DNA of 64,000 nucleotides from the NCBI RefSeq assembly GCF_009914755.1, contig NC_060935.1. One strand, 5' to 3'. Shown one piece after another: positions 53,069-64,000 of this stretch; position 1 is the first letter of the stretch, and every line of letters begins with the position of its first letter. The notes under the pieces were generated by a model, which was not told where the DNA came from, did not search any database, and saw only the letters and a program-made list of their open reading frames with translations. The stretch comes from the human T2T-CHM13v2.0 reference genome, Homo sapiens. Made by a program: the position numbers and the translations under genes.

Positions 53069-53455
53069 TAATTGTTTTGAAAAAGGTATTTGTACAAAAA
53101 ACTCTGTGCTTAAAAGAAGTAGGCATGCCTACATGATTTTGTTTACCTTTAAATTATAACAAAGCCTCTTTTATGCCATTGGGGAATTATCCTTCTAAAA
53201 GATCACATTTTAACTTTAATTATTTTGTTGAAAAATATTCTGCAGTCTTCTGTGTACTTTTGTAAGTCAGTTACAAGTATGACCGTACATTTTATTTATT
53301 TCCCATTTCTTTTAAAGAGTACTTAAGGATTACAAAGACATATAAAATAGATTAAAAAGACGTTAGAAAAAGGTAAGAACAGGAAAACAAGAAGGGACAT
53401 AGAATGGATGCAGGAATAAGTCAAATGTAAAAGTCCATGTATTAAGAGCATATCT

Positions 53456-53846
<391 letters not shown>

Positions 53847-54176
53847 TTAGCCACTTTGTCTCTAGCAGTGTCTTTTTTTATTATAGCCTAGAAATAATTT
53901 AGGGGCAGTGTTATTAGTAGAAATAGAATTAAATTGTCTTTGTAATTGAGTAGCTATGTGAACTTGGACGTTGTTTGTAAAATGAGGAGGGGTTGGCCTA
54001 GATAATTTTTTAAAATAGTGATAAAATAGGCATAACATTTACCATCTTAACCATTTTTTAAGTGTATAGTTGTGTGTCATTAAGTACATTCTTAACCGTT
54101 CTGCGATTATACCGCTATCCATCTCCAGAACCTTTGCATCTTCCCAAACTGAAACTGTCTACCCATCAAGTACTAA

Positions 54177-54856
<680 letters not shown>

Positions 54857-55440
54857 CACCATTCTATTTCTGTCTCTATGAATTTGACTACTCTAGGCAT
54901 CATATATAAGTGGAATCATACATCACAGATTATGTTTTTACCTGTGAGTGTCTTTCACAATAATGAAGAATCTCTTGAACCCCTTCAGGAAATTTAAAAA
55001 GTTTTCGTCATTTTGTATGATATATGATGAAAAAGAAACTTGAAGTAACAAATACTTTATTATGGATCAGTACATTGTTAAAAGTTGTATTTTAAAGTTA
55101 TTAATATTAATAATATATCAAGATAAATTTTGACTTTTTTACACTGAAAAATGACTAAATTATTAATTATGTTTAAAATTAAAAAGCATGTTTTATCAGA
55201 CTTTTAAATGACTTAATTATGTTGGGCTCTATGGGATTATATACATTAATTTGAAATTTAATCCATGTTGTGGTATCAAAGACAAAAACAGCTTCCAAAT
55301 TCCAGTGTTGGAACTGCTACATTTTGTACCTTATAAAACAAAATCAAAATCTTTATTTTTGTAACTTGTGTTTTGTTTTAAATGATTAAGGGAGAAGATG
55401 TAGGGGCGTGTTTTGTAAATGCTTCTCTGAAAACAACACA

Positions 55441-55742
55441 TTTCTTTTTTCCTTTTTTTTATTTTTTTGAGACAGTGTCTCATTCCATCACCTATCACTG
55501 CTGGAGTGCAGTGGCAAGATGGCAGTTCACTGCAACCTCCACCTCCTGGGTTCAAGCCTCAGCCCCCCGAGTAGCTGGAATTATAGGCACACGCCACCAC
55601 ACTCAGTAGTTTTTGTATTTTTAGTAGAGACGCAGTTTCGCTATGTTGGCCAGTCTAGTCTCAAACTTCTGACCTCAAGTGATCTGCCTGCCTTGGCCTC
55701 CCAAAGTGCTGGGCTTACAGGCATGAGCCACTGAGCCCAGCC
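55441..55742 (-). mobile_element. AluS
   Basis: Alu sequence; TSD-like CACATTTC. Confidence 0.88.
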
Positions 55743-56029
55743 CACATTTCAACTGGGAATAATCTTTAATCTCAGTAAATCCATCACCTTATGTAGTAAC
55801 TTTCTTTTTTTTTTTTTTTTTTTTTTTTGGTGAGAACTCTTAAAAGATGCTCTTTCGCAAATTTCAGGTATAAGGTCCAGTATTATTAGCTATAGTCACC
55901 ATGTGCTGTACATTAGATCCTCAGAAAGTTTGTGTTCTTTAACCAACATCTTCCCATTTCACCTACCCCCTTATCCCTGGCAACCAGCATTCTACTCTCT
56001 GTTTCTGTGAGTTTGGTTACCATACAGTA

Positions 56030-56257
56030 TAGTTGTCCCTTGGTATGCTCGGAGGACTGGTTCTAGGACCCCCATGTATACCAAAATTCGCACATACTGA
56101 AGTCCAGAAGTTGACTCTGCAGAACCTGTGCATCCAAAATTCAGCCCTCCAAATATGTGGGTTTCACATCTGCAAATGTGATCTGCATTTGGTTGAGAAA
56201 AATCTGGGTGTAAATGGACATGTGCAGTTCAAACCTGTGTTGTTCAAGGGCCAGTTG
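56030..56257. mobile_element. MER2 (Tigger MITE)
   Basis: TIR-like AGTTGTCCCTT...AAGGGCCAGTTG flanked by TA. Confidence 0.8.
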
Positions 56258-58744
56258 TATTTGTCTTTCTCTGGCATATTTCACTTGGCATAATGCCTTC
56301 CAGGTTCATTCATGTTGCAGATGGTAGGATTTTATTTTATTTTATTTATTTTGAGATGGAGTCTCACTCTGTTGTCCAGGTTGGAGTGCAGTGGCACCAT
56401 CTAGGCTCACTGCAATCTCCACCTCCTGGCTTCAAGCGATTCTCCTGCCTCAGCCTCTTGAGTAGCTGACATTATAGGCACCTGCCATCATGTCCGGCTA
56501 ATTACTCTGTTTTTGTAGAGACGGGGTTTCACCATGTTGGCCAGGCTGGTCTCAGACTCCTGATCTCAAGTGATCCACCCGGAGTGGATGGGATTATAGG
56601 CGTGAACCACCACGCCCAGCCAGGCTCATCCCCCATTCATCCCTTAGTAGACACTTAAGTTGTTTCCATATAGCTGCTTGAACATGGGAGTAGAGATATC
56701 TCTGAGATACTGATTTCATTTCCTTCAGATATGTACACAGAAGTGGGATTGCTAGATCATATGCTAATTCTATTTTTAGTTTTTTGAGCAACCTCTATAC
56801 TGTTTTCCATAATGACAGTAGTAAATTACCAACAATGGTCAAGGGTTCCCTTTTCTTCACATCTTTGCCAACTTTTGTTATTTCTTGTCTCCGATGATAA
56901 TAAGGCATCATTACAGGTGGGAGGTGATATTTCATTTTGGTTTTAATTTGCATTTCCCTGATGATCAGTGACATTGAACACCTTTTCATGTACCTGTTGG
57001 CCATTTGTATATCTTTGGGAAAATTTCTGTTCAGGTCCTTTGCCCGTTTTCTAACCTGAATTATTTGGGTTTTTTTTTTTTTTTTTTTTTGCTATTGAGT
57101 TGTATAAGTTCCTTAAATATTTTAGATATTAACTCCTTATCAAATGTATAATTTGCAAATATTTTCTCCCATTCTGTAGGTTGCCTTTTTATTTTGTCGA
57201 TTGTTTCCTTTGCTGAGCAGAAGCTTTTTAGCTTGTTGTAGTCGCAGTTTATTTTTGTTTTGGTTGCCTGTGCTTTTGGTGTCATACCCAAAACATTATT
57301 GCCAAGACCAGTGCCAAGGAGCTTTTTAGCCTACGTTTTCTTTAAGGAATTTTATGGTTTCTGGATTTATGTTTAGTCTTTAATCCATTTCTAGTTAATT
57401 TTTGTAGGTGGTATAAGATAGAGGTCTGGTTTTATTGTTTTACATAAAAACGGTGTTGGATATCCAGTTTTCCCAACACCGTTTGTTAAAGAGACTTATC
57501 ATTTCAACATTGTGTGTTCTTTGTGCCCTTGTCAAAGATTAATTGATTGTATATGTGGCTTTATTTCTGGGCTCTCTGTTCTGTTGGTGTATGTCTTTGT
57601 TTTTATGCTAGTATCATATTGTTTTGATTACTGTAGCTTTGTAATATAGCTTGAAATTAGGAAGTATGATGCCTCCAGTTGTTTTTTTTGTTTGTTTTTT
57701 CTCAAGATTGCTTAGGCTATTCTGGGCCTTAAGTTCCGTACAAATTTTATGATTGGTTTTTCTATTTCTGTGATAAAAAAGTCATTGGAATTTTGGTAGG
57801 GATTATATTGAATCTGTAGAATGTTATGGGTAGTATGAACATTTTAACAATATTCTTATAATTTAAGAACACGAGATTGTTTAAAAATTTATTTCTGTCA
57901 TTTTCAGTTTCCTTTATCAGTGTCATATGTTTTTCATTGTGTTTCTCTTTTACCTCCTTGGTTAAATTTATTCCTAAGTATTTTATTGTTTTGGTGCTGT
58001 TGTACATGGGATTACTTTCTTAAGTTCTCTTTCAGATAGTTCATTGTTAGTACTGACTTTTGTAAGTTGGTTTTGTATCCTACAACTTCTGGATGGTTTA
58101 TTAGTTTTAACTGTTTTTGGTGGCATCTTTAGGGTTTTCTATATATATAAGATTATGTCATCTGCAAACAGAGAGTTTGACTTCTTCCAGTCTGATTTGG
58201 ATGCCTTTTTCTTTTTCTTGCTTAATTGCTCTGGCTAACCCTTCCAGTATTATATTGAATAGACGTGGCAAGAGTAAGCACCCTTGTCTCGTTCCTCATG
58301 TTAGTGGAAAAGCTGAAAGCTTTTTTTTTTTTTTTTTTGAGATGGAATTTTGCTCTGTTGCCCAGGCTAGAATGCAGTGGCGCAATCTGAGCTCACTGCA
58401 ACCTCCACCTCCTGGGTTCAAGTGATTCTCCTGCCCCAGCCTCCCGAGTAGCTGGGATTACAGGTGCGTGCCACTGCACCCAGCTCATTTTTGTAATTTC
58501 TTAGTAGAGATGGCGTTTCACCATGTTGGCCAGGCTGGTCTCCAACTCCTGACCTCGTGATCCACCTGCCTCAGCCTCCCAAATTGCTGGGATTAGAGGC
58601 GTGAGCCACTGCACCCGGCCAGCTTTCAGGTTTTCATTATCGAGTATGATGTTAACTGTGCACTTGCCATTTATGGTCCTTATGTTGAGGTATATTCCTT
58701 CTATAGCTAAATTGGTGAGAATTTTTATCCTGAAAGGGTGTTGA

Positions 58745-59101
<357 letters not shown>

Positions 59102-59367
59102 TGATTTTTATCCTTCATTTTGTCAATGTGTGGTATCACATTTATTGATTTGCATATGTCATACCATCCTTGCATCTCAGGGATAAATCTCACTTGATAT
59201 ATGATTCTTCTAGTAGGCTGCTGAATTCGGTTTGCTAGTATTTGTTGAGGATTTTTGCATCTGTGCTCATCAGGGCTATTGGCATATAATTTTCTTTTCT
59301 TGTGTTGTCCTGGTCTGGCTTTGGTATCAGAGTAATGCTTGGCTTCATAAAATGAGTTTGGAAGTAT

Positions 59368-59513
59368 TCCCCCCTCCTCCCTCCTTACTCCCTCTTCCCT
59401 CCCTCTTCTTCCTTCTTCCTCCTCCTCCCTTTTCTTTCTTCTTCCTCCTTCTTTCCTCCTCCTCCTCCTCTTCCTTCTTCTCCTCCTCTTCCTTTCTTCT
59501 TCTTTCTTCTTCT
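59368..59513. repeat. CT-rich (CCT/CTT)n tract
   Basis: Almost pure pyrimidine run. Confidence 0.9.
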
Positions 59514-60358
59514 TGATAGAACTGTGCTATGAGGTCATCTGTTCCTGGGCTTTTTCTTTGTCAGAAGAGTTATGACTACTGATTCAATCTCCTTACTAGT
59601 TATAAGTCTTTTCAGATCTTCTATTTCTTCTTTATTTTAGTCTTGATAAATTACAAGTTTCTAGGAATGCATCCATTTCTTCTAGGTTATACAGTTTTTT
59701 GGTGAATAATTGTTCATGGTAGTCTCTTATGGTCATTTGCGTTTCTGTGTTATCAATGGTAACATCTCTTGGTTTTGATTTTATTTATTTTCGTCTTCCT
59801 TTTTACTAGTCAAACTAAAGCTTTGTTGATTTTACTTATCTTTTCAAAATCCAGCTCTTAGTTTTAGTGGTCTTTTCTATTGTTTTTGTAGTCTCTATTT
59901 CATGAGATTTTGTTATTTCCTTCTGCTAACTTTTTCTAGTTCCTTTAGATGTAAAATTACGGTGTTTATTTAAGATTTTTTTTAAATATAGGCGATTATT
60001 GCTATAAACTTTCCTTTTAGAACTGCATTTGTTCTATACATTTTGCTATGTCGCATTTCAATTTTAATATTTCTTGTGATTTTTTAAAATTTTCTTTTTG
60101 ATTTCTTCTTTGACCCATTGATTATTCAGGAGTATTTTGTTCAATTTCCACATAGTTGTCAGCTTTCCAACTTTCATTCTGTTATTGATTTCTGGTTACA
60201 TACCATTGTGGTCTGAAAAGATACTTGATAGGATTTCAGTCTTCCTCAGTTTGTTGAGTCTTGTTTTGTGACCTGCTGCATGATCTACGCTGGATAATTT
60301 TTCTTGTGTGCTTAAGAAGAATGTGTATTATCTGCTGTTTGATGGAATGTTCTGTATA

Positions 60359-60593
60359 AAGGTTGAGTATCCCCAATCCAAAAATCCAAAATCCAAAATG
60401 TTCCAAAATTTAAAACTTTTTGAGTACCAACATGATGCTGAAAGGAAATGCTCTTTGGAACATTTTTGGTTTTGCATTTTTGGATTAGGGATGCTCAGCT
60501 GGTAAACATAAGGCAGGTATTCCCAAATCTAAAAAATGTAAAATTCAAAACACTTCTAGTCCCAAGCATTTCAGATAAGGAATATTCAACCTG
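60359..60593. mobile_element. MER46/Tigger4 (Zombi) MITE
   Basis: AGGTTGAGTATCCC...GGAATATTCAACCTG TIRs flanked by TA. Confidence 0.8.
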
Positions 60594-62113
60594 TATGTTA
60601 GATCCATTAGATCCAGTGTATAGTTGAAGTCCAATATTTCCTTACTGATTTTCTGTCTGGATGACCCATCCATTATTGAAAGTAGGATTTTTGAAGTCTT
60701 CTAGTATTATTGTGTTACTATCTATTAATGTCTTCAGATCTGTTAATATTTTCTCTGTTTATTTAGGTGGTCTGATGTTGGGTACATATATATATTTACA
60801 GATACTGTATCCTCTTGTGGAATTGGCCCCTTTCTCATTATATAATTACTTTCTCTGACTCTTTTTACAGTTTTTGATGTAAAGTCTGCCCTATCTGATA
60901 AAACTTTAGCTTCCTCTGCTCTCTTTTGGTTTCCATTTGCATGGAATATCTTTTTTCCTATACCCATGCATGTGCTTAAAGGTGAATTGAGTCTCTTGTA
61001 GACAACCTGTAGCTGAATCTTGTTTTCTTTATCCATTCAGCTGCTCTTTATCTTTTGATAGGAGAATTTGGCCCATTTACATTCAAGGTAACTATTGATG
61101 GGTAAAGACTTCTGTCATTTTGTAATTGTTTTCTGATTGTTTGGCAGATTATTTGTTTCTTCCTCTCTTGCTGTCTTCCCTTGTGTTTAGATGATTTTCT
61201 GTGGTGGTATGCTTTGATTCCTTTATATCTTTTGTGCATCTACTATTGGTTTCTACTTTGTGGCTATCATGAGGTTTACATAGAACATCTTATAGTTATA
61301 GTAGTCTGTTTCAAGCACTAACAACTTAATTTCAATTGCATTAAAAAACTGTACTGTTACTCAGACCCTCCTGCACATATTTTATGTTTTTGATGTCATT
61401 ATTTGCATTTTATATTGTGTATTCATGAAAAAATTATTGAAGCTATAGTTATTTTTAATACTTTTTTTTAAAAACCTGTATTTTAGAATTAAGTAATTTA
61501 CACATGACCATTACAAATTTAGTATATTATTAATTTGATTATATATTTATCTTAACAGTGAGTTTCATACTTTCATATGTTTCCATGTTGCTAATTAGTG
61601 TCCTTTCATTTCAGCTTGGAGAACTCTTCAGCGTTTCTTGTAAGGCGCGTCCAGTGGTGATAAACTCCCTCAGCTTTTGTTTGTCTGGGACTGTTTATAT
61701 CTCTTTCATTTCTGAAGGACAGCTTTGCTGGGATACATATTCTTGTCTGGTAGTTTTGTCTTTCAGCACTTTGAATATATCATCCAACTCTCTCCTGGCC
61801 TACAAGGTTTTTGCAGAGAAATCCACTTGTGGTCTTATAGGGTTTCTCTTGTAGAAGATGAGTTTCTTTTCTGTTACAGTTTTAAAATTCTCTTTCATCT
61901 TCTATTTTTGCCAGTTCATTATAATGTGTGTCAGTGAAGTCTTCTTTGGGTTGAATCTTTATGGGGTCCTATGAACTTCCTGTACCTGGATATCTTTCCC
62001 TAGATTTATGAAGTTTTCAGCATTTTTTTTTTAAATCAGCTTTCTGTCCTTTCTCTCTTTTCCTTCTTGAATTCTCGGGTTTGTTTTTCATTTTCTTGGG
62101 TTTTTTTTTTTGA

Positions 62114-62371
<258 letters not shown>

Positions 62372-64000
62372 TGAGCCATCGTGCCTGGCCTTGAATTCTT
62401 AAAATGCAAATATTGTTTTGCTTGATGGTGTCCTATAATTCAGGTAGGCTTTCTCCACTATTCTTTTTTTTTTCTTTTTTTCTCCTCTGACTAGATAATT
62501 TCACATGATCTGCCTTTGAGTTCACAGGTTCTTCTGCTTGATCAGGTCTGCTATTGATGCTCTCTATTGCATTTTTTGTTGTTATGTTCTTCAGCTCCCG
62601 AATTTGTTTCTTTTTATTATTCCTATCTCTGTGTTGAATTTCTCATTTGTTTGTATATATTTTTTTATTTCATTATCTGTGTTCTTTTGTAGCTCACTGA
62701 GTTTGCTTGAAACAATTATTTTGAATTCTTTATCTGTTAGTTCATAGATCTCCATTTCTTTGTGGGTGATTACTGGAAAATTACTGAGTTTCTTTGCTAA
62801 TGTCACGTTTCTTTTTTTTTTTTTCTTTCTGTTTCTTGTGGCCTTGTGTTATCTGTGTATTTGATGGACGAATTACTTCTAGACATTACAGATTAGTGTG
62901 TTTTTTTTGTTTTTTTTTTTGTGGGCAAAGATCTTTGCCTGTGGGTGAGGGTGAGGGTGAGGGCGCCAGCCAGTAGGTGTGGTGGTTCTGGCTCTGTGGA
63001 AGGCCCAGCATTGTGAACTCCATGCAGCTCCATTAGCCCAGATCATTGTCAGTGAGGATTGCAGGGGTCCTCAACATCCAAGGCTGCAGGTATCCATACC
63101 AGCAGCAAGGCTTTTTTTAGTCTATAGTGGCAGAGGCTGCTGGGGACCTCTTCATCACTTTTTCTCCCATGGGAGACATTGTGGCCAAGGGGATTCTTCT
63201 TGGCACAGGTTCTGGCTTTGGGCTTGTTGTGTTGGTGGAGGTGGCAGCACTGATGTCTCTGATGGCGTGGACACCTGTGGAGCAGCTACAGAGCCAAGGT
63301 TTGGAGTGCAAGTGTTTGCAGAAAGACAGCGGGTCTTGGGTTCAGGATGTTGACTAGCCTGCAGCAGTGGTGCTTCTAGTGCCTCAGATGTGGGTGCACG
63401 TAGAGCAGCCTTTGAGTTGGGTGCGGAGTGCAGGTGTGCAGAGCAGCCAGAGAGCTGGGATCTGGAGAGTGTGTGATTAGAGCAGCCACAGAGCAAAGGT
63501 CTTACATGAAGGTACATGTGAAGCAGCTGTGGCTCTGGGGTCTGGGGCATATGTGGGGGTTAGGGGCTGCACTGTCTGGGCAGTGCAAGAGCTGCTTTTT
63601 TTCAGGGTGAGGAGTGCAGTAGTGTCTCCCTCTCCAGGGGGTTCACAGCAGCAATGGGTGCTGGTTACCTTAATGGTGAAAGCTGTCAGTGTCCTCTGCA
63701 AAGTAGGCTACTGGGGTTGGCATCAATGAACACTATAGGGTCCTTCACTGTGAAACCTGCAGGAAGTCTGTGGCTATCTTGAGGGTTATTGGAGGTCTCC
63801 AGGGACCTGCTCTGGGGAGGAGCCTAGCAGTCTTTGCCACTGAGGACTGTAATGGCACTCACCACATGACTGATACAGGTAGCCCTCACCCCTTGTTCTT
63901 AGCCATCTCCAGATGTCTCTGCTAAGCAGATCTCCCAGCAGTCCTTTCTGTGTGGTTATTCTCCCTTTTTTTTTTTTTTTCCCTTTATTGCTGTAGGCTG

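Overview
Primate (almost certainly human, chr11q22 by gene content) genomic DNA holding the tandem cIAP cluster on the + strand. It contains the complete BIRC3/cIAP2 gene: promoter ~19.4 kb, 9 exons, and a spliced CDS of 853+100+79+49+243+255+42+194 = 1815 nt (604 aa; BIR1-3, UBA, CARD, RING). It also contains the 5' part of BIRC2/cIAP1: CpG-island promoter ~49.3 kb and coding exons 2-3, with the rest beyond the window. The remainder is dense in repeats (L1, L2, CR1, ~35 Alus, MST/MER52/MER39/MER31 LTRs, hAT and Tigger elements), plus two COX7B processed-pseudogene copies and a U6 fragment. I see no prokaryote-type or wholly new system. The most notable structures are: (1) a 369-bp composite templated insertion in BIRC3 intron 6 that copies the two flanks of exon 7 joined at a 6-bp microhomology; (2) an intronic duplicate of the exon 2 end with an intact donor (candidate poison exon); (3) the BIRC2-type start codon surviving in BIRC3 as an in-frame uORF; (4) a relic of the BIRC3 double NF-kB module upstream of BIRC2; (5) an inverted COX7B pseudogene pair. 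Repeat subfamily names are from recognition, not from a database search.
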